Assembly: GCA_951406725.2 (NCBI GenBank)
Contig: OX597819.1
Location: 109,244,001 to 109,308,000 of the forward strand
Length of the DNA stretch: 64,000 nucleotides
Direction of reading: 5' to 3'
DNA from: Octopus vulgaris
Taxonomy: Eukaryota
Positions 40,488 through 53,100 of this stretch are shown here, one piece after another. How positions within the stretch are numbered: the stretch's first letter is position 1; each line of letters begins with the position of its first letter. Below the pieces are notes generated by a model. The model saw only the letters and a list, made by a program, of their open reading frames with translations, was not told the DNA's origin and did no database searches. A program made the position numbers and the translations under genes.

Positions 40488-41037
40488 CAGTTCTATATTT
40501 AAGAGATGAGGAATTATGTACATTATTATCTGGCACCTGTGTCGGTGGCACATAAAAAACACCATCCGAGCATGGCCGTTCACCAGTCACATCTGGCATC
40601 TGTGTCAGTGGCACATAAAAAGCACCCACTACACTCACGGAGTGGTTGGTGTTAGGAAGGGCATCCAGCTGTAGAAACACTGCCAGATCTGACTGGCCTG
40701 GTGCAGCCTTCGGGCTTCCCAGACCCCAGTTGAACCATCCAACCCAGATGATGATGATGATTTACTTTATTTACATTCGATGGATATTTGTCCTCATTTT
40801 GTTTGTTGTTAACACAACGTTTCAGCTGATATACCCTCCAGCCTTCTTCAGGTGTCTTGGGGAAATTTTGAACCTGGGTTCTCATTCCTAAGGTATTTTT
40901 CGATGTTATTATTATTATTATAATTATTATTGTTCAGGTCACTGCTTGGAATCGAACTCGGAATCTTGGGGTTAGTAGCCCATGCTCTTAACCACTATGC
41001 CATATGCCTGTGCCCTCAGGCATATGGCGTAGTGATT
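40488..41037 (-). mobile_element. tRNA(Arg-like)-headed SINE with intact minimal type I hammerhead (copy 2), interrupted by an RTE tail at ~40527-40761
   Basis: Minus-strand head ggcatatggcatagtggttaag...aagattccgagttcgattcc. Hammerhead at 40856-40811. Inverted head copy at 41019-41037. Confidence 0.8.
40811..40856 (-). ncRNA. Minimal type I hammerhead ribozyme motif
   Basis: GACAC-CUGAAGA-A-GGCUG-(10 nt)-CAGCU-GAAA-CG-UU-GUGUU: stem I GACAC/GUGUU, stem II, and palindromic AACGUU in place of stem III. Confidence 0.75.
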
Positions 41038-41891
41038 CAGTTTTCTGATTTGTATTTTTGAAACTATTTCTCTTCCACTACTCCTTTGCTTATCAGCCTC
41101 TTGCTCCTATCACACATCCCCTCTCTCTTACCACTCTCATAGTCATATCTCTATTCTTTCACTCTTGATTCTTACTGTCTCTTTTAGTCACCACTTCATA
41201 TTTGTCTTGAACCAATAGAGACAATCAATAGAGAAGACTCTTTAGTTTTAGTTGGCACAAGGGAAACCCTCAAATGCTGGTACTGTGATAAAAGCAACAT
41301 AGGGTGGAGAAGTTTTTTGGTCTTATCAAAGATATGACAACTACTTCCACTGGTGTCACAATAAAATGCACTCATTACACTTTATGAAGTGATTGGTGTT
41401 AAGGGGGGCATCCAGTTATGGAAACTTTGCTAAAACATGAATGTGCAAGTGAGACTTGCTCCTCTGACTTGTTTTGGAAAGCAGTTACTAGGAATAAGAT
41501 ATGACAGGGCAGTTATAAGTTTTCATTGTGAACTATGCAATCTATGATGAAATATGTGAAACAATCAAAAACAACTAACATTACCTAAGTGTTATGTCAA
41601 CATTTACAGATGACTAAAGCAACAGTGTTTAGGACCAACAGTTGCTGTTGTATGAAAATCTTTTTTGTTATTGTAATATGTTAATCTGTTTACCTATTTC
41701 ATAAGCTCAGTTTTGTTTAAACATAACAACGAAATAATGAAATAAAAATAATATATGTATGCGTGTGTGTGTGTGTGTGTGTGTATTATTAAAAACAATT
41801 TGATTCAGATTGCCTGCTACTTAAAGTTTCTAAGCCCCTAACAGGGTCCCAGTAAGTGCTGAGTACCCTTCCTTTTGTTTGTCTACTCACT

Positions 41892-41933
<42 letters not shown>

Positions 41934-42131
41934 AAAGTCTTTGTGAAAATTATTTAATGCAGTTTTTTAAGTGTAAATGGGATTCTTTTAAAAAAATTAT
42001 AAATCTTTTATCAGGCTGTTGTTAACCTTTTTGGAACAAGTATTTTCGTAGTGTGTATTAGTGCTTTCAATTAACCTTTTCAAACACACGTATTCTTGGT
42101 TAATGTATGTATGTATATTTATTTCTATATA

Positions 42132-43385
42132 TTAGGTCAGCCCATAAGTAATGCAGTTTTGTATACTTCTTTAATTTTTAAAAATCAAGATAAAGAAAGT
42201 TCTTTTTTAATCTAAAATATACTCGCGTTCATTTTCTACAATACTCTTCCATCTTTCTGGTACACTTGCAAGGCTCCTCTTCCAAAATTCACTTGTCCAT
42301 GATGAAAAATACTCCTCCAGTACTGTTCTGACCTCATCCACAGAATTCATATTTTTCCATCCAAATGATTTTGAAGACTGTGGAATAAATGATAATCAGA
42401 TGGGGCAATGTTCAGCGAATATGGTGGGTGGCATATCGTTTCCCATTCAAACTGCACCAGCCTTTTGAATGTCATCCTCACTGTATGTGTCTGAGCATTA
42501 TCCTGATGGAAGAACACCTTTCATCTTGAAACCAAAGATGGTGGTTTTTCTTCTAGTGCTGACCTAAGCTGCTCACAGTAGATTTCCTTTGTTATCATTT
42601 GGTTTGGGTTTAAAGTGGACTAAACCTTTCATATTCCACCAAACAGATAACAACACCTTAGGTGGGTGAAGACCTTCTTTAGCCTGGGGTGCTTGTATTT
42701 CTTCTTTCCCTACCAGGTGCCTTTGGTGCTTGACATTTTTATAGAGAACCCATTTCTTATCACCAGTCACTATTCAGTCTCAAAAAGGTTCATTCATGAG
42801 ATGTGACAGCAAAGAAGAGTACACATTCACTCTGCCTGTGATTAAACTCAGAAAGTTTGTGAGGAACCCATTGATCCAATTTTCTGACTTTTCTGATGGC
42901 ACATAAGTGTTGATGAATGGTTGAATGACCAAATTCAAGCTTCTTTGCTAGTTCCTCAACAGTTATGATGGGATTTTGTTCCACCAGGGTTCGCAGGATG
43001 TCCTTGTCGAGCTCTGCAGATCTTCCAGGATTAGGCTTGTCTTCTAGGCTATAGTTTCCAGCTTGGAATTTCTAGAACCAACATTGACACTGGCTTATGC
43101 TTATTGTCTGATCCCCATATACTGCATTAATATTCCTTACACTCTCCATTGCATTGTTGCCTCTATTGGACTCATAAAGCAAAATATGCCGAATGTGCTC
43201 TTTTGTCATTTCCATTATAGCTTTGAAAAAATAACTGTTAAAATCAAACTGCACTCTTTAAAACTTGCATTAAGAATAAGATAAAATTACTACCTGCTTT
43301 TATAGCACGTTGATACAAGTTTATCCTGTCCCCCCCCAACTTTTCATGCAATTGAAAAAACTGCATTATTTATGGGATGACCCAA
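42132..43385 (-). mobile_element. Full-length (~1.25 kb) degenerate mariner
   Basis: TIRs ttaggtcagcccataagtaatgcagtttt / aaaactgcattatttatgggatgacccaa with TA flanks. Motifs WVPHKL, TGDKKW, HQDNA, APSDY. Confidence 0.92.
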
Positions 43386-43435
43386 TATGCATATGTGTAT
43401 ATATATATATATTCTCTTATATGTAAGTAGACATT

Positions 43436-43467
<32 letters not shown>

Positions 43468-45853
43468 GGTAACATACAGTAGGTTGCTGAATAAAGAAAA
43501 TGAATGGGATAAAGAGAGTCTGCCGAATGTTGACCCAACAGAGGGACCAGCTATCAGAGTTGATAGTTCCTTGGTAGTTAAGGCAATTAGAAGCATGAAG
43601 ACAGGGAAAGCCCCAGGCCCATCAGGTATCACTGCAGAGATGCTCAAAATATCTGGTAGTGTCGGCTATAGCCTAGTCACCCGTATAGTTAATCAGGTGA
43701 TACATGAAGGAGTCATAGCCAATGACTGGTGTAGCAGTATAATAGTCAACTGCTACAAAGGTAAAGGTGACGCCCTAGATACAAATAATTACAGAGGTAT
43801 CAAGCTGTTGGATCAGGTGATGAAGGTTACGGAGAGGGTCATAGCCCAACTAATCAGAGAGAGAGTTAGTTTAGATGAGATGCAGTTTGGGTTCGTGCCA
43901 GGGAAAAGTACCACTGATGCTATATTCCTGGTAAGGCAGCTGCAGGAGAAATAACTAGCCAAAGATAAGCCCCTGTACCTGGCTTTTGTTGACATGGAGA
44001 AAGCCTTCGACAGGATCCCCCGATCCCTCATCTGGTGGTCAATGAGGAAACTAGAGATAGATGAATGGTTAGTGAGAGCTGTGCGAGCCATGTACAGGGA
44101 TGCTGCTAGTAAGGTGAGGGTTGGCAACGAGTACAGTGAAGGATTCCGGGTAGAGGTAGGGGTCCACCAAGGCTCAGTCCTCAGCCCCCTCCTATTTATC
44201 ATAGTCCTCCAGGCAATAACGGAGGAATTCAAGACAGGATGCCCTTGGGAGCTCCTCTATGCTGATGACCTTGCTCTAATTGATGAGTCACTATCAGAAC
44301 TGGAGGAGAAGTTTCAGGTGTGGAAGCAAGGTTTAGAATCGAAGGGCCTTAGAGTCAATCTAGCTAAAACCAAAGTCCTAATAAGTAGGAAGGTAGACAA
44401 ATCACAAACGCCTTCAGGTAGATGGCCCTGCTCGATCTGTAGAAAAGGTGTAGGTAGAAACTCTATAAGATTCACCAAGTGTAAGCTATAGACACATAAG
44501 AGGTGCAGCAATATCAAAGGAAGGCTAACTAGGAAGATGGTTTTTGTATGTGGCAGATGCTCAGGAACAATAAACACTGAAAATGCTCTGAGACCAACTT
44601 CTGTCACTTTCCAGGGAGAAAAACTAGAAATAGTTGATAGCTTCCGTTACCTAGGTGATCAAGTCAGCAGCGGGGGCGGGTGTGCTGAAAGTGTAACTGC
44701 TAGAGTAAGAATAGCTAGGGCAAAGTTCAGAGAGCTCTTACCTCTGCTGGTGACAAAAGGCCTCTCGCTCAGAGTAAAAGGCAGACTGTATGACGCGTGT
44801 GTACAAACAGCCATGCTACATGGCAGTGAAACATGGGCCGTGACTGCTGAGGATATGCGTAAGCTCGCAAGAAATGAAGCCAGTATGCTCCGATGGATGT
44901 GTAATGTCAGTACTCATACTCGACAGAGTGTAAGTACCTTGAGAGAAAAGCTGGACCTGAGAAGCATCAGATGTGGTGTGCAAGAGAGACGTTTGTGCTG
45001 GTATGGGCATGTGGCAAGAATGGATGAAGATAGTTGTGTGAAAAAGTGCCACACCCTAGCGGTTGAGGGAACCTGTGGAAGAGGCAGACCCAGGAAAACC
45101 TGGGACGAGGTGGTGAAGCACGACCTTCGAACTTTAGGTCTCACTGAGGAAATGGCTAGAGACCGAGACCTCTGGAAGTATGCTGTGCGCGAGAAGACCC
45201 GGCAGGACAAGTGAGACCATAACCCGTGGCCTTCTATATGGGATGTAGCCAGCCCACTTATGCATACCTTCCCTTCTTGGGACATAAAACTCTACTTGTG
45301 AAGACCTGTTGAGGCAAGTTAGAATCAGAATCGAAATTGATCAATGGAAATTGCAGCTGAGCTACCAGTGCCGGTGGCACGTAAGAGAACCATCCGAATG
45401 TGGCCGTTGCCAGCGCCGCCCTGACTGGCCTCAGGCCGGTGGCACATAAAAAGCACCATCCGTTCGTGGCTGTTGCCAGCGCCGCCCAGACTGGCCTCAT
45501 GCCAGTGGCACGTAAAAAGCACCATCCGTTCGTGGCCGTCTGCCAGACTCGTCTGCACCACCATCCGTTCGTGGCCGTTGCCAGCGCCACCCCGACTGGC
45601 CTCGTGTCGGTGGCACGTAAAAAGCACCATCCGTCCGTGGCCGTTTGCCAGCTCTGTCTGGCACCTGTGCGGGTGGCACGTAAAAAGCACCCACTACACT
45701 CACGGAGTGGTTGACGTTAGGAAGGGCATCCAGCCGTAGAAACACTGCCAGATCAGACTGGGCCTGATGCAGCCTTCTGGCTTCACAGACCCCAGTTGAA
45801 CCATCCAACCCATGCTAGCATGGAAAGCGGACGCTAAATGATGATGATGATGA
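43468..45853 (+). mobile_element. RTE-clade LINE, 5'-truncated, near-intact RT
   Basis: ORFs 43484, 43994 and 44537 are in one frame broken by two stops. KAPGP, NYRGI, QFGF, DMEKAFD, GVHQGSVLSP, LYADD, FRYLG. Repeat-containing 3'UTR and (GAT)n tail. Confidence 0.95.
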
Positions 45854-46239
45854 TACAGTATAATAAAAAAAGGAAAAATTTTAGCCATTTCTCCAGAGAC
45901 TGGAAAAACCATGAACAACCTTAATCAATTTTCAAACCTTATTGGATTCTCATCAGAGGCATCCTCATCATTCTGACAAAACTTCAAACTAATAATAATG
46001 ATTGTACTTTGTCTTATGTCTTGCTATTTTTAGCAAGTACACATTTACACATACACACACATCTATATACATATGTATGTATCCATGTGTGTAGACATGT
46101 ATGTGCATCTGTCTGTCTATCTATCTATCTATCTATCTGTCTGTCTATCTATTTATCTATCTACCTATCTGTCTGTCAATCTAATCTATCTATCTATTTG
46201 GCTGTCAATCTATCTATCTATCTATATACACATAATTGA

Positions 46240-46700
46240 TCCTTCACTTCAAGGCCAGACGATATTTCTATACACAATACTCTATACTGAGAGACCCACA
46301 ATAGAATATTGGATTCACATTTGGAATGCTGCTGTTACTGCACATGCAGACATTCTAGATTGTATCTAGTAAGGAGCCCATGACTGATTTGAATTTAGTC
46401 ACTCACAGATCTACTCCAGCTTCTGAGCCACAGGCATGCTCTCTGCTATTTCATCTTGCTAGTATGAAGGCCTCTGCTTGCAGGAGTTGGCTAGGTTCAT
46501 GCCATCTCCACTTAGGTACACGAGTTCCACTTATCTCTCTTACTTCAATTATTCTTGTTTTATTTTTAATTCTCTGGGTCAAGCCTTCCTTCTTAGAACA
46601 TCTGCCTTGTGGAATTTTCCTTGCTTCTTGTGCCATTTTCACAAATCTTACACTGCCCCTTCCTCTAGACCTTGTTAGTAAATATACGTGGTGGAGTCTT
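46240..46700 (+). mobile_element. Old CR1/L2/Jockey-group LINE 3' remnant
   Basis: RPTIEYWIHIW and AFLLRTSALWN remnants. Confidence 0.55.
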
Positions 46701-46837
46701 CACTCCAGTTTTCACTTCCTCGTCACTGGAATAATGTTTACCTCTCAAACCCTCTTTCGTGGCACTGAAGATATGATAGTCTGAAGGTACTAAATCTGGT
46801 GAGTGTGGAGGTAGTGAAGAAGTGTCTCAAAGAGTAG

Positions 46838-47002
46838 TCAACAGAATTTTACGGGGCAGGGATATATGCTTTCATTCGAAGGTGGAACATTGGTATTGAG
46901 TGAAAGGGAGAGAGGACCAGCTTCATTTTGATGTATGATACATGTTCCTGTTTTCGTATTTATACCTGTCCTAAACAAAATGGTATTACTTTTTGACTCA
47001 CC

Positions 47003-47006
<4 letters not shown>
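46838..47006 (-). mobile_element. Mariner-like terminal fragment
   Basis: Minus-strand TA|TGAGGGTGAGTCAAAAAGTAAT TIR-like end next to (TA)n. Confidence 0.45.
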
Positions 47007-47052
<46 letters not shown>

Positions 47053-47425
47053 CCAAACAATCGGTAGACTGCAAGCTACTCTGCGGGCTAAGGATACCTT
47101 GTTGTTAGAGGATCCCGTGTCAACTTGCTAGGGATTTGATCGAATTACATATACTATGCTGTTGAAAAATATCTAGATATATAAAGGTAAGATCCAAGGA
47201 TCAAGGTGCAGGTAGTTAGTGAGCTTCAAGCAATCTGCCGGAGATATAAAAAACAACTTCCAGGAACAATAGTGGTTTATTGTCACAGAAAGTTGTGAAT
47301 TTTTCCCATATTGAAGTACGATAAGCTGAAAAAAGCTAATTTTATAGTTCGCGGTTAGCAACTGGGGTTGTTGTATATGCAAATAAACATTCAAAAATTA
47401 GGGAATGGAGTTGATAAAATCTAGG

Positions 47426-47507
47426 CTAGCGGAACCTCAGAAGTAGTAAATTATCCAAGTGGTCTACCACTCGTTTAGATAATTTACTATTTCTGAGGTT
47501 CTGCTAG
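47426..47507. repeat. ~80-bp palindrome
   Basis: ctagcggaacctcagaagtagtaaattatc / gataatttactatttctgaggttctgctag. Confidence 0.85.
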
Positions 47508-47946
47508 GTATGAAACATATATTTTTATATCTTTTATCTGCTACTTGTTTCAGTCATTAGACTATAGCCACGCTGGAGCACTGCCTTGAATGAATTGACC
47601 CCATTATTTATTATTTTTGAAAACCTGGTACTTATTCTGTCGATCTCTTTCGTTGAGCTGTCAAGTATATATATATATATATATACACACAATTAAAAGA
47701 CAGGATAAAATCTTTATAAGAAATTATCAAGTAGTTAGCGTGAAAAATCTCATAAGGGAAACGTTTATTAATTATTCCCTTGAAATATATTTATTTATAT
47801 TAAGGTCATTACTATACGTAAATGCCTCACGCAAGGTGGGACTCATAAAGTTAAGACTACCACAATAAAACAAAAAAGTATATATATGTATACACACACA
47901 CACATGTATATATATATATATATATACACACACACATATATGTATG

Positions 47947-47978
<32 letters not shown>

Positions 47979-48139
47979 TATATATGTATGTATATAACAC
48001 CATCGTCGTTTAATGGAGAGCGGACGTTAAACGATGATGATAATATATACATTTACATACATATATATACATGCATACATATATATACATACATATACAT
48101 ATATATACATATATATTTATATACATATACATATATATT

Positions 48140-48172
<33 letters not shown>

Positions 48173-48619
48173 ATATATGTCGGAGGAGTCGAAACACCTG
48201 ATGACCCCTTGTTACTTCACTGTTCATCCAGATATATATTACAGAAATATATTGATTATATATATATATATATAATCAATATCTTTCTGTAATATGTATC
48301 TGAATGAAAAGGGACGCCGTTCACACACACACACACAGATATTTAAAGACACAGTAGCCTTGGGTAGATTTTCTACCTGGCCGTCTCCTGTCAACCGTCC
48401 TACCCATGCATGCATGGAAGACGGACGTTAAAACGAAGATGATATAAATATAATATACCATATATATACATACTCATACACACACAAATATATTTATATA
48501 CACATAAATATATGCAGTTCATGCTTATAATTACTCACACAACAATGAACAATCATTCAAACTAATATTTATTGGATTTTATTATTTTCCAGCTCTAATT
48601 CCAGTACCGGAAGTTGTCA

Positions 48620-49253
48620 TGCTTTGCTCCTATCCCCCCTCTCTCCACCTCGTTTCACCAATTATTTTTGCACTCCTCCTCCTCTTTCTACATCTACTCC
48701 CCTTAGACCGCCACCTTCCTATATCTACCCTATTCAGCTTAGTCCTCCTTCTCTCACTCTTACCATCCCTCTCTTGCACTTTTACATTTCTTTCTTCCAC
48801 ACTCTAACACTCAACGCGTTTCCTCTCCTCCCACTCTAGTTAGTTTTGTCTTTTCATCCTCATACCCCTTTCCTCCCTCTCTACCTCTACTCTTCATCGA
48901 CTTCTCCCTCTGTACCTCTACTCTTCATCGACTTCTCCCTCTTTTCTTGCTTTGTTTGCCCTTTCCCCCCCTCTCCTATCTATTTGTGTTCTACCTCCTT
49001 CTGCCACTCTTTCAAGTCTCTTTGAGCAGCGGCCTTTTGAACGAGAGTGGTCGCGCTACTTGCTGGTCTTTATCCGTTAGTGATTAGATGGTAATCCACG
49101 TGGTTTGTCATTTTCATCGCTAGACTCGCCTCTTTGTTAAGTCACGCTCATTACCTTCAGTGCAGCCTGTTGAGGTACTTCTGTTTCACCTCGCTCAATT
49201 TATAATCTAAGGTTTTTTAATAAGTTTGTTCTCATTTCACACCATAAAGGAAA
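48620..49253 (+). promoter_or_regulatory. Putative promoter and spliced 5' leader of hnRNP paralog 2
   Basis: Long CT-rich tract and TCT-like ctcttt motifs at ~49007-49023. Candidate introns 49091-49160 (GTAATC..TTCAG) and 49175-49249 (GTACTT..AAG), then GAAAATG. Confidence 0.5.
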
Positions 49254-50111
49254 ATGCCAGAAAAATTCGGAGAAAACGAGAAGAACTGTAAGTTATTCAT
49301 CGGTGGTTTAAATTTTGAAACCACAGAGGATAATTTAAGGAATCATTTCGGAAAATGGGGTGATGTTGTCGACTGTGTTATAATGAAGGACAGCACTACG
49401 CACAAATCTAAAGGATTTGGATTCGTAACGTTCAAAGACCCAGTCAGTTTAGATATGACCCAAAAAGAGCGTCCACATACGATAGACGGCAAAGTAGTCG
49501 ATACCAAAAGAGCAATGCCCCGCGATGAGGCTCAAGAAAACAAAGTTACCGTGAACAAGATGTTTGTTGGTGGCTTGGACGAAAGTACGTCGGAGGAGCA
49601 AGTTCGTGAGGTGTTTTGCGCCTATGGAGAGGTGGAAAAAATTGAAATGATCAAAGACAGAACAACTGGCAAACCAAAGCGCTTCTGTTTCGTTACCTTC
49701 GACGACCATGATTGTGTAGACAAATGTGTAATACAGAAACACTTCATGCTTAACGGTAAAAATGTCGAAGTGAAGAAAGCTGTATCGAAGAACGAACTTA
49801 ACCAGAACATGCGTGGCGGTCGTGGTGGTATGATGGGTGCTCGCGGTGGTGGCATGAGGGGTGCTTATTCTGGCGGACCCTATGGAGGAGGCCAGGCATG
49901 GAATTACGGCGGACATCAAGGCTATGGAGATAGTTACGGAGCAAGTGGTTACCAAGGTTACGGAGACAGCTATGATGGATATGGACATTTTGGTACCGCT
50001 TATGGAAATGGCTCGGGTGGCGGCCCTACCCGAGGACGTGGTGGCGGTATGTACACACAGCGTGGTATGGGACCTTACGGCGGAGGATATGGCGGCGGCG
50101 CTAATTGGTGA
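49254..50111 (+). CDS. hnRNP A/B-family (A1/A2B1-like) protein, 285 aa: two RRMs plus RGG/Gly-rich tail
   Basis: KLFIGGL, KGFGFVTF, RPHTIDGKVVDTKRAMPR, KMFVGGL, EVKKAVSK, RGG boxes, and PY-NLS-like RGMGPY. Uninterrupted ORF. Confidence 0.97.
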   Translation: MPEKFGENEKNCKLFIGGLNFETTEDNLRNHFGKWGDVVDCVIMKDSTTHKSKGFGFVTFKDPVSLDMTQKERPHTIDGKVVDTKRAMPRDEAQENKVTVNKMFVGGLDESTSEEQVREVFCAYGEVEKIEMIKDRTTGKPKRFCFVTFDDHDCVDKCVIQKHFMLNGKNVEVKKAVSKNELNQNMRGGRGGMMGARGGGMRGAYSGGPYGGGQAWNYGGHQGYGDSYGASGYQGYGDSYDGYGHFGTAYGNGSGGGPTRGRGGGMYTQRGMGPYGGGYGGGANW

Positions 50112-53100
50112 TATTTCTTTCCATAATTAGGATAAAATGTTTATATGCTACTGTAATATTTTTTTTTTTTAAATATTTATTTTTGTAAAAATTTAAAACA
50201 TGAGCATGGCTTCCCTCCACTCCGTTAAAACTCTTTACATAGCTACGACATATTAATCTTCAGAACATTTGTATCTATCTTAACTCCTTAGAAAATGTAG
50301 GTTAGATTGCATTTCCATCGCTTGATAAGTTATTAAAATTTGTTTAGACTAATTAGTTATAAATCTAAAAAAAAAAAAAAAAAATCGGGGAAAGAACTAC
50401 ACGCATGGTTAACTGTCAGGAATAAATTGAAATTTCATTTAAATACCATCCAATTGAAATGAATACATTAGTTGTACTCCATGGCAATATAAAAGCACGT
50501 GAAACAAATGGATAAAAATGAAGAAACGCATTACTGATTTTCTTCCCTGCATTAAAAAAAAAATTCTCATGAAGTCGGTGGGAGTCATTTTAATTGTAAT
50601 TTATTCTAGATGTATTTAGGAAAAATGAAGAAGCTGTTTTGTTTGCGTGCACATCCACACACGTGTGTGTACATACACATAGCAAACAAACAATTGTTAG
50701 AATTTGTAAAAATACGTGGTTTGTTGCTTACGTAATTTTTTTTTCTTTTTTTTCTGATTAAATGAAAGTTTTAGTTTTTATGTAGTTTTTGCAAGCATTC
50801 TATTTATACATTTAGCAAATATGTATTTCTAGTAGTTGTATGGTGTGAACAAGCTTTTTTTTGAGGAGAAAGTTTTGTTGCAGGTGCCCGCCAACTATTT
50901 GGCGCGCCTTTAAAAACATGGCCGCCGACCTGAACTTTTCGCTTGTCTTCTCACATCTAACATTAACATTTATTTGTATGGAGATGAATTGGTTACTTTG
51001 TAAAGAGTTTTGTTTTTTACCTATTTGAAAGTCATTTGAAAATTTTTGTCTGCCTTTTTGTGACTGTTGGCATTTTTTTTTTTCCATTCAATTTTTTTGC
51101 CGCAGTTTATAGAGACAATGTGCATTTTTGGAGCAAAAATGCTTTTTGGCATTTTGAAATCAATTTTACAAAAATAAATCACCAAATTCCCCCCCTTCCT
51201 TCATTTTTATCAGTCATTCACTGATTGAAAAATAACTTTTTCATCGTCCTAGAAAAATATTTAATTTTTTGAGAATGAAAGGAAAAGTTGATTTTAAAAA
51301 AAATCCCTATTCTCATTTGCTCCCCCCCCTTTCCCCCCAAGTCACTCATGTACATATTTTGAAAGAAACATTTGTCTCATAAACCTACATGTCGTGAATA
51401 GTAGTTCTGTTTTCTTTAAGGTTTTTTAATTTTAAAGTTTACTATTTTTTTTCCTTTGAATCCCTTCAGGTTTCTACAAATGCTTAGAAGTTTTCTGTAA
51501 TAGGATATGGTTACGTGTGACTGCCACAATAACCCTGGAAGCAGCTTGCCTAGTTTCGTTCTAAGATAACACAGCTTTCTTATAACGATTTTCTTTGTCC
51601 ATATCCTCACATATTCCTTTTGGTATTCTGCCGGCTTTTACATCACTCACGGCAGAAATGTTAGAATATGGTAAGGGGATGGAATCATTAAGTTCATTAA
51701 CTTCATAAGAAATAGAACTTAAAAAAGCTGCCGTGGGATGAGTGATTGACACATTTTGGCATGATGTTGCTGATAGTATAATGTATGTTCCTTCAGTTAG
51801 GCCAACTATATTAGTAAAAAAGAATTACAAATGTACTAGGAAGGAGCAATTTTAAGAAACATGTAGCATTTTATATGTACTTATATATATTCTTGAATTT
51901 TTCACACTTCATTCCCATCCCTAATCCCCCTCCACCTGAACAAAACCTGTCTGTCAGCCACTCTAGATTACTAATTTCTTAGCCCACTTTCCTATGCTAG
52001 CTACATTGTTCATCGAACCCATTTTGAAAATAAAATCCCGCTCCATTCACTGCCAAAACCTTGTTAAATACCCCCATCAACCTTCAGTTACCTTGCCAAA
52101 TGACCTTAACACAAAAGCTCAAAAGGAGCATTTTGTAATGTTCATGTCCTTTTGTTTAACCAGAAAGAAAAATTTTTTAAGTCCATCCAGTTATTTTATT
52201 TCTCAGCACATACAAAGCAACATTTATGGTTTTAGAGCCGGTCTGGCTGCTTTTGTTATAGTAGTAAGTAGTTCAGTGACTTGCTGCAGCTAGCGTGTTT
52301 TTTTTTCTAATCACGCCGGATATTTTGGTTTAAATTTGTGCATGGGAGGGTCAGTGAGAGAAGTAATGACGTACTTTATCTGAATGAAAAATAGCCAAAT
52401 TTTTTACATGGCGAAGTATAAAATTGTGACCCAGTTTGAGGTTTATTACCTATTAGCAAACAAGTGCTTAAAAATTCAGTCAGTAAGTAATGACTGTTTC
52501 GGTTTGTCAATTCTTGAGTGTATATTTCGTTCACTGACAATTGACCAAATGTCCGATGTCGGCATATAAGCCTATATCGATCTATATTTTGAACATGTTA
52601 ATACAACCTGATGCAATCGCTACATTAAAAATATCACTCGTTATTATCATGTTCTGTATTGTGCCAACGTGACTTGGAAGTGACATTTGGAAACGGTCCT
52701 TCCTCAGGACTTAAAGACTTTGCAATGCCTTTCAGATTGCTGTCAAAGGAACTAATTAGGCCAATACTGCACTTGGTCACCGTGTCAGTATAGTGTGTTA
52801 CCTCGAGGCTGGATCGGCTTCACAAACACTTATCCTTAGCATACTTAGGTACTTCCCCTGTGAATCTTGCATCTTGTGCCTTTATGAATAGTATCGTTAA
52901 AATTTAAAAACTCAGTTGTACGTCATTTTCTGAGGTCAATGGTTGTTTTACACTCCTCATGGCATTAGGTCAATCGACCCACTTCGTGCAGATCACTGCT
53001 CATTTTCTTCAAACATCACTGGAATGAATTATAACTACTCACCTAACCCCCCTTTCACATAGTTTTCTTGCCCTTTTTGAGAACCCTTCTTTCACCTTCA

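Noticed and set aside
43952-44491. Rescue of the RTE stop codons by A-to-I editing (TAG to TGG)
   Set aside because: The copy is 5'-truncated and the stops are ordinary point mutations; there is no evidence of expression.
51520-51750. Telomerase RNA (TAACCCT template-like sequence and pseudoknot-like pairing); also TAACCCTAAC at ~6430
   Set aside because: The 51.5-kb template match is only 7 nt, with no U-rich triple-helix strand, P6.1 or clear H/ACA domain. The 6430 match has no supporting structure.
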